Of a DNA stretch of 64,000 nucleotides, positions 41,523 to 51,768 are shown in pieces. Position 1 is the stretch's first letter. Every line of letters begins with the position of its first letter. Under the pieces are notes generated by a model, which was not told the origin of the DNA, made no database searches, and worked only from the letters and a program-made list of their open reading frames with translations. The DNA is from Nitrosopumilus sp. (lineage in GTDB: Archaea > Thermoproteota > Nitrososphaeria > Nitrososphaerales > Nitrosopumilaceae), in the NCBI GenBank assembly GCA_965203315.1, contig OZ241857.1, positions 1,696,001-1,760,000 of the forward strand, in the 5' to 3' direction. The translations under genes were made by a program, and so were the position numbers.

Positions 41523-42857
41523 TTGAAGATCAAGAGTATTCTAATTGCGGGTACAAGTAGTGGTGTGGGCAAGACCTCTATAACTTGTGGTATCATACAT
41601 GCTCTAAAACAACGTGGCTACTCTGTGCAGCCCTTCAAAGCAGGACCTGATTATATTGATCCTCTATATCTGTCTCTTGTGTCTGATACTAGTACATATA
41701 ATTTAGACGCATGGGTGATGGGTAAAGATCGTGTACGTTCTAGTTTTGCGAACCACTCGAGATCAGATATTTCCATAATTGAAGGTGTTATGGGATACTA
41801 TGATGGTTTTAGATGGAAGGACTATGCCAGTACACATCACATCGCAACGTTGACAAACTCGCCCACAATTATGGTTCTTGACGCAAGCAAGTCTTCGGCC
41901 TCGGTCGCAGCAACCGCGTTGGGTTTTTTACGTTATCATAGAAAATCAAATATCGTTGGCGTGATTCTCAACAAGTTGGGTAGTCAGAAACACGCAGACA
42001 TATGTCGAGTAGCTCTAAGAGGTGTCCGTGTTCCAGTAGTGGGAATGATTCCAAACGATCCAGATCTCTCCATGCAGTCAAGGCACCTGGGTCTATTATC
42101 GACATTATCCAAACCTATGACACAAAACATACAGCGTATTGCAAAACAGATATCTAGTTATATTCATGTACCGCGATTACTACAAGTCATCGGTTCGTCT
42201 GATCATAATCCATCAGTACAGAAACAAAAGAAACCGACTGTTACGATTGCAGTTGCACTAGACTCGTCATTCAACTTTTACTATCAAGATAATTTGGATG
42301 CGTTACGTCGTGAAGGTGCAGTACTAGAGTTCTTTAGTCCTGTCAAGTCAAAACGAGTTCCCAAGTGTGATGGACTGTATATTGGAGGTGGTTTTCCCGA
42401 GATTCTTGGTAAAGATCTAGAAAAGAATGAAGAGATAAAGAAAACGATCAAACGATTGGCCGAGGACGGCCTTCCGATATACGCAGAGTGTGGTGGATTA
42501 ATGTACTTGACAAAGTCTATTCAATACGATGAAAAAAAGTACAAGATGGTTGGACTATTTGATGCATATACGCAAATGACCAAATCTATGGTACTAAACT
42601 ATACTGAAGGTGGCATGGCCAACTCTGTAATCTCTGACTCGCATCGTAAATTTAGAGGTCACGAGTTTCATTATTCCAAGATCGATCTTGCCACCGACTC
42701 GAGACTCATATACAAATTACGTTTTGGTGTCGGTATAAATGGCCGAGATGGACTAGTACAAGATATGACGCTGGCGTCGTATGGTCATCTATACTTTGAT
42801 AGTGGTAAATATGCTGATGCATTTGTACAAAATTGTCTTCGATACAAGAAACTATGA
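41523..42857 (+). CDS. cbiA: Cobyrinate a,c-diamide synthase
   Basis: SGVGKT, FKAGPDYIDP, EGVMG, YAECGGLMYL, GHEFHYS. Confidence 0.93.
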   Translation: MKIKSILIAGTSSGVGKTSITCGIIHALKQRGYSVQPFKAGPDYIDPLYLSLVSDTSTYNLDAWVMGKDRVRSSFANHSRSDISIIEGVMGYYDGFRWKDYASTHHIATLTNSPTIMVLDASKSSASVAATALGFLRYHRKSNIVGVILNKLGSQKHADICRVALRGVRVPVVGMIPNDPDLSMQSRHLGLLSTLSKPMTQNIQRIAKQISSYIHVPRLLQVIGSSDHNPSVQKQKKPTVTIAVALDSSFNFYYQDNLDALRREGAVLEFFSPVKSKRVPKCDGLYIGGGFPEILGKDLEKNEEIKKTIKRLAEDGLPIYAECGGLMYLTKSIQYDEKKYKMVGLFDAYTQMTKSMVLNYTEGGMANSVISDSHRKFRGHEFHYSKIDLATDSRLIYKLRFGVGINGRDGLVQDMTLASYGHLYFDSGKYADAFVQNCLRYKKL

Positions 42858-43481
42858 TCCGCGAATCAACTTGAATATTGCATTTATGATGGCGGATGCG
42901 GACGAGCTCCCTCCCTTTCTACCGACATTTGTAATAAACGGCACTTGTGTTTGAGCAAGCTCTTCTTTTGACTCTGCAGCACAGATGAACCCAACTGGAA
43001 TCCCGACGATCAGTGCTGGTCTTACTAGCTGCTCTCTAGTCATCTTGATGACCTCTTGTAGCGCTGTAGGAGCATTGCCTATAACTACTACTCCTCCATC
43101 TATATGTGAACTAGATATTCTCATCGATACCTCGGATCTGGTCTTTCCTTGACTCTTTGCTTGCGTCATGACTTTAGGATCTGATATATTGCATACTAGA
43201 TCATTCCCAAAGTCTTTGATATTCTGTTTGTTTAACCCTCCTATCACTCCATTGACATCGACAACGATACTACAACCATCTTTTAGTGCAGACATGCCAC
43301 TGTCTATCGCATCTCTATGAAATAACAGTCTATTCTCTCGAGCAAAATCAAAGTCAGCAGTAGCATGAATGACTCGTCGTACTATTGGCCACTCTCTCTC
43401 GTTATAATGATGTGTACCGATCTCTGCATCTATCATCTTCATACTGGCATCTTCTATAGATTGGCCTCTCCTAGTCTGCAT
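42852..43481 (-). CDS. cbiC: Precorrin-8X methylmutase
   Basis: RRVIHATADF, IGNAPTAL, PVGF..AAESK, GRKGGS. Confidence 0.93.
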   Translation of the reverse strand: MQTRRGQSIEDASMKMIDAEIGTHHYNEREWPIVRRVIHATADFDFARENRLLFHRDAIDSGMSALKDGCSIVVDVNGVIGGLNKQNIKDFGNDLVCNISDPKVMTQAKSQGKTRSEVSMRISSSHIDGGVVVIGNAPTALQEVIKMTREQLVRPALIVGIPVGFICAAESKEELAQTQVPFITNVGRKGGSSSASAIINAIFKLIRGS

Positions 43482-44223
43482 CTTGTACCTCTCGTGCTCT
43501 CTCTATTATTAGATCGATAATCTTCTCGTCAGTACCTATATGTTTTGTAGTAAAGACACTCTCTAGTCCGGACTCTTCCAATGCTGGAAGAAGATCGTTG
43601 TTGATATCGGTCTTTACATGTGCACCTTCATGTAAAAAGTAAAAGACTATGACCAGTACCTTTGGTTTGTCCTCCTTGCAGCGTTGTATACCCTGAATGA
43701 TATTTGGTTCTTCGATCTCTAGCCAGCAACGACTTACATTTCTAAAGGTACCTTCAAGTTCGTTGACTATATAGTTGAGTGATCTCTGTGCATTAGGATC
43801 TTTGCTGCCGTGACCAATTATCATCACATCAACTTCTCTGTTTGGAACGGTTATATAGTTCTCAGACAATGTCGTTTCTACTCTGTTTTGTACAATCTCT
43901 ACTAACGTATGATGCATGCTCATCGGTTTTGTTATCAAGAACTTGATCTCTGTATCCTTTTGAAACTCCATCACATTTGTGACTGCCATCTTTACCTTTC
44001 TTCCGGGATACAAAAAATACGGAACAACGATCAACTCATCTATGTCTCGCTTTATACATCTCGATATGCCGTCATCGATGTATGGTGGTTCCACTTCTAG
44101 AAAACAGTAATCAACGAATACATATTTGGACTTTGCAGCGATGCCGCTACAGATGAACTCGAGCTCTTCGGACGCCTCTCTCTGTCTACTGCCACGATCA
44201 ATTAGTAAGAGCCCACGTTTCAA
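43471..44223 (-). CDS. cbiX: Sirohydrochlorin cobaltochelatase (CbiX, two-domain)
   Basis: FLE...P, VPYFL..G; second domain GHGS...G.HVK.DI. Confidence 0.85.
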   Translation of the reverse strand: MKRGLLLIDRGSRQREASEELEFICSGIAAKSKYVFVDYCFLEVEPPYIDDGISRCIKRDIDELIVVPYFLYPGRKVKMAVTNVMEFQKDTEIKFLITKPMSMHHTLVEIVQNRVETTLSENYITVPNREVDVMIIGHGSKDPNAQRSLNYIVNELEGTFRNVSRCWLEIEEPNIIQGIQRCKEDKPKVLVIVFYFLHEGAHVKTDINNDLLPALEESGLESVFTTKHIGTDEKIIDLIIERAREVQDAD

Positions 44224-45278
44224 TCTACTATCCTCGCTATCGCTATTGTTAGATCTGGTGGAAATTTCTGTTTTTCGACTATCAACTTGCCTCCAGAAGA
44301 CAGTAGAGCTGCAGCCTCTGATACACTAGGTGTTCCTTCAAATGCTTTTACAGTATTGGATGGATTTGGTGTTGTAATCTTAGTCAACTCTTCTCGTTCG
44401 ATGTATTGTACTGGAACCTCGAGTTCTCGACCTGCATCTACAAGTCCTTGAATATCTTGTGGCTTTTTGATCGATACCAATCTTGCCACAGATCGAATAT
44501 CTAACTTGAATTTTTTCATACAATGATTGATTCCTGCTAGTATGGTATCTTTTGATGTATCTCGATGAAGTCCTACACCTACAACTAGGCTTGGAGGTCT
44601 ATAAACAACAGTATCTGATATGTGATTCTCTATTATTCGATCTGATATGATCAAATGTGCAACACAATCAGAGTTGAATAACTCTTCTATGGTATTGTAT
44701 ACTGTCACATTCTTTGGCAGTTGTTTGTACCACTCTCCTCCTGCGTCCTGAAAGACACCAATCTCTTCTTCGTTTACCATGTGTGCACTAACTCTGGTAA
44801 CTGTAGAGTCATCTTGAATCTTCCATCCAATATCTCTCCCTACTAGATCAACTGCTATTGTCTTGTTGACATCAGCTGCCGTAGTTATGACTGATATTGC
44901 GCCAATCTCGTTTGCAATCTTGTTAGCCAATTCGTTGGCTCCACCAATGTGGCCAGATAAGACGCTGATCACAAATGTTGCCTTGTCGTCTATAACAATA
45001 ATTGCAGGATCTGTCTTTTTGTCTTGTAAATGTGGTGCTATGAGTCTAATTACTGCACCTAGCGAGAAGAGACATATCAGAGCATCGCTATCATTGAACA
45101 GTTTTACAATCTTTGTTGATGTCTGTTCGTCATAGTATGAGATGCACTCGTCTCCTGTAAACTTTGTCGGAGCATATACAGACCATGTTGGAAATAACAA
45201 CTTTAATCTTTTACCTATATCTATGCCGTTCTTTGTAATTGCCAGAACTGATATCTTCACAAATGTTGCTCTAGTCAA
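44220..45278 (-). CDS. cbiG: Cobalt-precorrin-5A hydrolase
   Basis: DKKTDPA, LSGHIGGAN, ITTA.D, SVSEAAAL. Confidence 0.92.
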   Translation of the reverse strand: MTRATFVKISVLAITKNGIDIGKRLKLLFPTWSVYAPTKFTGDECISYYDEQTSTKIVKLFNDSDALICLFSLGAVIRLIAPHLQDKKTDPAIIVIDDKATFVISVLSGHIGGANELANKIANEIGAISVITTAADVNKTIAVDLVGRDIGWKIQDDSTVTRVSAHMVNEEEIGVFQDAGGEWYKQLPKNVTVYNTIEELFNSDCVAHLIISDRIIENHISDTVVYRPPSLVVGVGLHRDTSKDTILAGINHCMKKFKLDIRSVARLVSIKKPQDIQGLVDAGRELEVPVQYIEREELTKITTPNPSNTVKAFEGTPSVSEAAALLSSGGKLIVEKQKFPPDLTIAIARIVD

Positions 45279-46363
45279 TTTAATAAAATACCTTTGTTAC
45301 TGGCAAGTATCTTACCTTCAAAGTCAAATAGAATCACTTCGATCTCAACTCTCCCGTCCACATGTTGCGCCATATGTGCACCCACCTTTTCACATATGGA
45401 TTCAAAGAATCCTTTTGTACTGCTCTCTGATATGATCTCTGATACATGTCTTGCTGTATTTGCTGATCTTATCTTTTGTATTATAGAGTCGTCAGCACCA
45501 ACATCTGTAGCTAGTGCTGCAAGAAAACTCATGTCGACTTTGGAACCTTTAACATGGGTCTGCTTCACACCAGCTGCCATCTTTGCCAACTTGCCAATAA
45601 ATCCAACAACGTATGCCTTCTTGATTCTCTTTTTACTACACTGCCCTATGGTATATCCTACAAAGTCTCCCATCTGAACAAAGCAATGTTCTGGCAGTTC
45701 AATGATATTTTTTGCATAGTCTTCACTTCTGCTACCTGTAGTTAATACAACTGTATCATTGCCCATGGCAATGACCACATCAAGATTCTGTCGTATAGAT
45801 GCCGCATACGATGCGGTAGAGAATGGAACAACTATTCCACTAGTTCCTAGAATGGATATTCCTCCTTTGATTCCAATCCTTGGATTGTCTGTTTTTGGTC
45901 CCAACTCTTCACCTTTTGGAACAGATATCAAGATATCTACTCCATGCTCTTCAAATATGTCCTCAAAACTCACTCTGAGATTCTCTGCGATCATCTTCTT
46001 TGGAACAGGATTAATTGCAGCACTTCCGATCTCTAATCCCAGACCAGGCTTTGTAACGCGACCAACACCGGTACCTCCTTCTATCTTAATCTGACCTTTC
46101 TGTTTAGTGAGTACTAGATCAACTACAATCTCTGCTCCATGTGTAACGTCTGGATCATCTCCACCATCCTTGATCACTATGCATCTTGACTTGTCTGAAT
46201 CATATGTACATGATTCAATTGGAATGACGATACTGCTCTTTTTAGGAAGGACTATCTCTACTTTTGATATCTCTCTCTGTTCTTTGATGGATAATAGTGC
46301 CGCCTTTGCTGCCGCTGTGGCTGAACTTCCTGTAGTGTATCCTGTTCGTAGTCTATCTGCCAT
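45275..46363 (-). CDS. cbiD: Cobalt-precorrin-5B C1-methyltransferase
   Basis: LRTGYTTGS.A, KDGGDDPDVTHG, NPRIGIKGGISILGTSG. Confidence 0.95.
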   Translation of the reverse strand: MADRLRTGYTTGSSATAAAKAALLSIKEQREISKVEIVLPKKSSIVIPIESCTYDSDKSRCIVIKDGGDDPDVTHGAEIVVDLVLTKQKGQIKIEGGTGVGRVTKPGLGLEIGSAAINPVPKKMIAENLRVSFEDIFEEHGVDILISVPKGEELGPKTDNPRIGIKGGISILGTSGIVVPFSTASYAASIRQNLDVVIAMGNDTVVLTTGSRSEDYAKNIIELPEHCFVQMGDFVGYTIGQCSKKRIKKAYVVGFIGKLAKMAAGVKQTHVKGSKVDMSFLAALATDVGADDSIIQKIRSANTARHVSEIISESSTKGFFESICEKVGAHMAQHVDGRVEIEVILFDFEGKILASNKGILLN

Positions 46364-46448
46364 CGATTGAATATTTCCACTTTATCGTATTAATCCTTGT
46401 ATCTATTCTAAAACCAGTAATAGTTATCACATTTCTATAGGTGTGCTA

Positions 46449-46611
46449 GGCTCTGTTGGTGGGGTTGGTAGTTTTGACGAAATTCTCAAAATTTTACAAA
46501 ATATGAAAACAGTCTTGTATTGTCTATTGTACATTCCATTTTTTTAGATTGCATAACATACGTTTCTTGAGATAGTGTCGGTTCGATCTCAGCCTCCAAG
46601 TTACTAAAACC
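46449..46611 (-). mobile_element. MITE family B diverged copy (reverse orientation)
   Basis: Aligns by eye with the reverse complement of 36738-36911 (AAATTCTC, CAAAATATG, TGAGATA, GATCTCA blocks). Confidence 0.65.
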
Positions 46612-46621
46612 TACAAGATAC

Positions 46622-46655
46622 TTTTATAAGATACGGGGGGGGGGGGGAGTAATTA
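46622..46655 (+). promoter_or_regulatory. TATA box followed by a G13 homopolymer before the start codon
   Basis: TTTTATAA at 46622-46629; G13 at 46635-46647; TTG start at 46656. Confidence 0.6.
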
Positions 46656-49600
46656 TTGAGTAAGCGCCGTCTGATCCCTTTTCTAGCCTTGTTGACAGTT
46701 GTACCACTCTTACTAGTTGATCTAGATGATGCGTTTGGGGCGGTTATACCTCCGTATCCATACCCTGCTGTACCGGGTGTAAACCCACCAGGTGGTTTAC
46801 GTACTGATATCCATTCTAATGGATTAGTACTTACCCCCAATAGTGATAATAGCAGAAATATTGCTCTCACCACTAGTATTAATCATTCTAGAATTGACCC
46901 CTCCTATGCACCTGAAGGAGACATTACCATAGACAAAGGCACAAAGATACTACCAAACTCTGCATTGACTTCAATTAGTTGTACACTCACGTTTGGAGTA
47001 AACAACGTTGGTGCCAATCCATCTAATAACATTCACGAGTATGCTAAACTACCTACTGATGTAGATGACCGCACTTATACCAATTTACCTGAAAGCGATG
47101 TTAAAGTAATAGGTGTAGACTTTAAAGAATATTCCCATGGCTGCGACGTCTCTGCTCTTACCACTGCAAACTCTACCAATGAACCACTACTCACAGACAA
47201 ATCTATGAGAGTTACGATTTATGGTCAGGCTGGCAAAAAGGCATTCTTTACCTCACACTTTGAAAATATCACCAAAGCTCAACTGATCCCAGAGTGTACT
47301 AGTGCAAACTTTGACAACAGTACCAAACAACTCAAAGGACAAACTCGCATGTGTCACGGTACATACGGTAATCATCTGATTATCATAACAACGCAAATAG
47401 GAGAGTATGGTGCTACTAGTACAATTATTCCACCAGATATACTAACGATACCGCCACTGGGTAGCGTGTTACCTGCCTTTGGTGTTACAGAATTTACATC
47501 CGATCCTGATAATGACGGTCAGTTATATCGATTCTACCCCGCCGGCAGATACGCAGATTCTGGTGGCAAGCATGATATCTATATACAAGAGAATACTCGT
47601 ACACTCGTAACCAGTCTATTCACTGGTGTTGACGATTATAGTTGTAGTGCAAGAGTTGGTAATTTTCCACATCTGATCAATAACAATTATGTTCCAAATC
47701 TTGCAATACCAAATAACATTAGTCCCAAAACTACTGACAGTATAATTGCCGTTGGTCTGAACTTTTACAACGGTACTAAGCCAGGATCATCCTGTTCGCC
47801 AGATATAGAGGCTACTTCTAAACAACCACTAATAACCGACAAGGACATGAGAGTCACCATATACAACAATATAGACAAAAAGCCATACTATTTCTCACCA
47901 CGTGACGGAATACTACAAGCTCAACCAATTCCTGCATGTACGACTGATATAATCGATACAAGCAACAACAATGCCCTCAAAAGTAACAATTCAATGTGTT
48001 ATGGCATAAATGGAACTGGCAGCGGCGCATCTATTGTTATAGTTACAAAACATCTGACTGGATTTTATGGCGTGGCAACCTCTATCACTGACCCAACAAA
48101 TCCTATGAAATTTCAATATGGTGGAGCAACTGTACCTCTTGTAGATAAAAGTACACTACTAGACATACCGCCAATCGGCAGCTTGACACCAAGTTTCAAG
48201 ATTATGCAATTTAAATCAGACACTAGTAATGACGGTCAGGTATATCAAACACAAGACACCGCTAGATATCAAAATTCTGACAAAAAGTATGATATCTATA
48301 TGGAACAGAACGCTCGTACACTCGTAACCTCTCTATTCGCCGGTGTCGATGATTTTAGTTGCATGGCAAGGGTCACTCATATTCCAGGTTTGATCACTGA
48401 CAACCGTGTTCCAAATCTTGCAGCTCCTGCCAACATACAACCTAGGCTTGTTAGCAGTTTAGATGCAGTCGGACTAGACTTTTACAATGGTTCTGACATA
48501 GGATCATCATGTTCACCAAATATGGAGACTCTCTCTGAACAACCGCTAATACTCGATAAAGATATGCGAATCACCATGTCTGATACAGACAAGCATGTAT
48601 ACTATTTCTCACCACGTGATGGAATACTAGAGGCACAACCAATTCCTGCATGTACATCTGATATAATCGATAGAGACAATAACAATGCTCTCAAAAGTGG
48701 CAATACAATGTGTTACGGCGTAAATGCAACCACTGGTCCAAAATCTATTGTTATAGTTACAAAGTGTCTGACTGGATTTTATGGTGCGACTGGTACTCTC
48801 TTTGTACCTACAAAATCTGTAAATCCTAACAACATGTGTGGCAAGTCTACAAGTAATGGCTCTGGCGATGACTATTTAGCCACTGCACCAACATTTGGCA
48901 GATCACAATTCACAGGCGAACAAGTCGTAACCTGTGGCTACAAGATGGACGACACTTGCCGTGATGTTACTGCATATCATGTCCAGTACGAACGAAACAC
49001 AATCCAAACAAACACAACACACACATTTGCTCTAAAAGCACACGCACCAAATCTGTTAAACAATGTAATGCTGGCGTTCAGTGTACCTGCAGTTGGTGCT
49101 CCAATGAGTACAGCTGAAGCATACATTTCCATAAATCTTGGAATAAACTATAGTGAACCATCATACCACTATATCACAGATGTTACCATACACGATCCAA
49201 ACAACATCATAGACTATGACATACAGACCACAACCGTATCCAAGGTATCATGTTCAGGTGGTGCACTAGAATGTATCCAAGTAACCATTCCGGATGTACT
49301 ATTCCGTGAAGTAATGAATCACGAACCCTTTGCTATACAAGTAACAGACACACTAGGACTAACATCCATAAACTACATGAACGAAGGCGTCTTTGTTGAA
49401 GGTCCATCACTAAATGCACCGCCAACTGTACAGCCAGGCCTAACACTATCTCGTGATGATGGTCGGCCAGTAAACTTGGTACTGGTCCGTACAGACAAGG
49501 TATCTGATCTATGGGCAGACGCATTTGGCAACACGTGGAGTCGCAACTCGTTTGGTCACTTTGTCATAGTACAATATGCACCATACGCAGGTACCACTCC

Positions 49601-49811
49601 AGTATGTACAGACATCAATGACAGAATATGTACACCATTCAAGATCAAACTCGACTGGCACAACCAAAAGATGATCGAGCTGCGTGACTCGTTATACGAT
49701 GCATACAAGACAAAAGCATACGCCGAGATCGACAACATATTCACATACGAGTTTGGCGATATGGACTCTCGCACTAGAACACTGATCAATCTGGGCTGGC
49801 TAATCGAGTAG
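46656..49811 (+). CDS. Large exported/surface protein with three internal ~150-220-aa Cys-containing repeats
   Basis: Signal peptide; repeats at ~46960-47415, ~47435-48075 and ~48155-48790. Confidence 0.8.
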   Translation: MSKRRLIPFLALLTVVPLLLVDLDDAFGAVIPPYPYPAVPGVNPPGGLRTDIHSNGLVLTPNSDNSRNIALTTSINHSRIDPSYAPEGDITIDKGTKILPNSALTSISCTLTFGVNNVGANPSNNIHEYAKLPTDVDDRTYTNLPESDVKVIGVDFKEYSHGCDVSALTTANSTNEPLLTDKSMRVTIYGQAGKKAFFTSHFENITKAQLIPECTSANFDNSTKQLKGQTRMCHGTYGNHLIIITTQIGEYGATSTIIPPDILTIPPLGSVLPAFGVTEFTSDPDNDGQLYRFYPAGRYADSGGKHDIYIQENTRTLVTSLFTGVDDYSCSARVGNFPHLINNNYVPNLAIPNNISPKTTDSIIAVGLNFYNGTKPGSSCSPDIEATSKQPLITDKDMRVTIYNNIDKKPYYFSPRDGILQAQPIPACTTDIIDTSNNNALKSNNSMCYGINGTGSGASIVIVTKHLTGFYGVATSITDPTNPMKFQYGGATVPLVDKSTLLDIPPIGSLTPSFKIMQFKSDTSNDGQVYQTQDTARYQNSDKKYDIYMEQNARTLVTSLFAGVDDFSCMARVTHIPGLITDNRVPNLAAPANIQPRLVSSLDAVGLDFYNGSDIGSSCSPNMETLSEQPLILDKDMRITMSDTDKHVYYFSPRDGILEAQPIPACTSDIIDRDNNNALKSGNTMCYGVNATTGPKSIVIVTKCLTGFYGATGTLFVPTKSVNPNNMCGKSTSNGSGDDYLATAPTFGRSQFTGEQVVTCGYKMDDTCRDVTAYHVQYERNTIQTNTTHTFALKAHAPNLLNNVMLAFSVPAVGAPMSTAEAYISINLGINYSEPSYHYITDVTIHDPNNIIDYDIQTTTVSKVSCSGGALECIQVTIPDVLFREVMNHEPFAIQVTDTLGLTSINYMNEGVFVEGPSLNAPPTVQPGLTLSRDDGRPVNLVLVRTDKVSDLWADAFGNTWSRNSFGHFVIVQYAPYAGTTPVCTDINDRICTPFKIKLDWHNQKMIELRDSLYDAYKTKAYAEIDNIFTYEFGDMDSRTRTLINLGWLIE

Positions 49812-50150
49812 GTCTGCGTCTCTCAAATCTTGTTTGTCAAGTATTAATTAATCAATTGTTAAATCATTGTCTGACTTTACATACGACGTATGGTCAATCA
49901 ATTTTAGATATGAAATTTAGTCTGTAACGCATATGGTATATTCATCTTGAGATCTGATTTTTATGATCATCTTGTGTAGCGACAAATCCTTCAAAAGACG
50001 CATCTTTGGATATGAGTTGTGCTAGTCAAATTTATCATCAACATTCCTGCAAAATTTTTCAAGAACTGATGGCCTTTGTCGACTTTTTACAAAATTCAAA
50101 TTAATCTTCACTTAACGTATATAAGAGAAGGTCAAAACTCGGTCTTTGTA

Positions 50151-50633
50151 ATGACATATTCAAAGATCCTGAGACGTTTACGTGAAGAAAAGACCAACTA
50201 TAAAAAACGCGCAACTATGTTGATGGGTAAACGCGACTTTATCACAGTAAATATAACTAATGAGAATACTCTTGTTCAGATACTAAAGCCTGGTATGACG
50301 GGCGATCATGTGATTGCATCAGCTCATTCTAGATATCTATTAGAAAAAGGGTGGCATGGATCTAGAAAGAACATTTCTGCAGCATATCTGACAGGCTATG
50401 TGGCAGGCAAACGCGCATTGGGCAAGGGCGCAAACAATGCAATTCTTTATACAGGTACCAGAAAATATACGCAGAGAATGGCCGCTGCACTAAAAGGCGT
50501 TATAGATGCTGGCGTTGAGGTACCTGCTAATCCTAAGACATTTCCAGACGATACTCGTCTAAGTGGTAACCATCTTGCTGTAAAAAACGATATCTCTAAG
50601 ATAAAATCTGAGATCGATAGTGAGGTTAGATGA
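50151..50633 (+). CDS. rpl18: 50S ribosomal protein L18
   Basis: RR.RE.KTNY.KR, N..AAYLTG; spc-operon position. Confidence 0.93.
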   Translation: MTYSKILRRLREEKTNYKKRATMLMGKRDFITVNITNENTLVQILKPGMTGDHVIASAHSRYLLEKGWHGSRKNISAAYLTGYVAGKRALGKGANNAILYTGTRKYTQRMAAALKGVIDAGVEVPANPKTFPDDTRLSGNHLAVKNDISKIKSEIDSEVR

Positions 50634-51295
50634 TAATGAGTCCTGCTATGCAATCTAGATCGCAGTCACGTGAAGGTCGTTCAAGGCGCAGACGTGAACA
50701 AGAAGAAGATGTATGGGTGCCAAAGACTGTTCTAGGCAAGCGTGTAAACTCTGGCGAGATCACATCACTCGAAGAGATCATCGAATCTGGACTACGTATT
50801 CAAGAGTCTGGAATAATTAAGAAACTATTGCCTGATCTCACGAGTGAGGTAGTCGACGTTGGAATAATTCAAAAGATGACATCAAACGGACAATCTACTA
50901 GATTCAAGGCAATAGTTGCTGCAGGAAACGAGAATGGCTATCTAGGTATAGGTCAGGGTAAATCAAAACAGATGCGAATCGCTATCGAAAAGGCAACCAA
51001 TCAAGCATATCTGAACATAAATCCGATCAAGATGGGTTGTGGTAGTTGGGAATGTCGTTGCGATCAAAAGCACTCTGTACCATTCAAAGTTCGTGGCAAG
51101 GGCGGTAGTGTTACAATCGAGATCATTCCAGCTCCGAGAGGGCTAGGTCTGGTTGCGGGTGGCAAGATAAAGCGCCTCTTGGAACTTGCTGGATTAAAGG
51201 ATGCATGGACTACTGCAAAAGGCTCTACACCAACAATGAACTCTACATCAAAAGCCATATTGGACTGTCTTCGACAGACATTTAGTCAAGGTTGA
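50630..51295 (+). CDS. rps5: 30S ribosomal protein S5
   Basis: WVPKT.LG, QKMT..G..TRFKA, GCGSWEC, PAPRGLGL. Confidence 0.96.
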   Translation: MIMSPAMQSRSQSREGRSRRRREQEEDVWVPKTVLGKRVNSGEITSLEEIIESGLRIQESGIIKKLLPDLTSEVVDVGIIQKMTSNGQSTRFKAIVAAGNENGYLGIGQGKSKQMRIAIEKATNQAYLNINPIKMGCGSWECRCDQKHSVPFKVRGKGGSVTIEIIPAPRGLGLVAGGKIKRLLELAGLKDAWTTAKGSTPTMNSTSKAILDCLRQTFSQG

Positions 51296-51299
51296 TACA

Positions 51300-51767
51300 A
51301 TGACAAAAGCATATCTGGTTGTTCGTATTCGAGGTCAAGCTGATGTTCCTTACTGGGCGACTTATACAATGTCTCTATTAAAATTAGATAAAAAGTACAG
51401 AGCAACCATCCTTCCTGCACGTGAGAATACTCTTGGAATGCTCAAAAAGGTTCAACACTACGTCTCTTGGTTCGAGTTGGATACATCATTGGCAAAAGAA
51501 CTCTTGGACAAAAAGGCACGTAAATCTGGCTACAAAAAGATAACCCTCGACGATATTCAATCTCTTGGTTTTTCAAGTATAGATGACCTAGCAACTGCCT
51601 TGTCTGAAGGCAGAGCAGTACTATCTAAATTAAAACCGCTCAAACCATGGTTTGCTCTATCGCCTCCTAGGTTTGGGTTTAAGCGTAGTACCAAACGACT
51701 ATATGGACAGAGAGGCATATTGGGTCAAAACAGAGATCTAGATAAATTGGTAAGGAATATGATGTAA
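51300..51767 (+). CDS. rpl30: 50S ribosomal protein L30
   Basis: VVRIRG, GMLKKV, F.L.PPR.GF. Confidence 0.93.
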   Translation: MTKAYLVVRIRGQADVPYWATYTMSLLKLDKKYRATILPARENTLGMLKKVQHYVSWFELDTSLAKELLDKKARKSGYKKITLDDIQSLGFSSIDDLATALSEGRAVLSKLKPLKPWFALSPPRFGFKRSTKRLYGQRGILGQNRDLDKLVRNMM

Positions 51768-51768
51768 T

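Noticed and set aside
47435-48790. Repeat pair as DGR template/variable regions
   Set aside because: Differences are not adenine-specific, both copies are in-frame domains, and no reverse transcriptase is present
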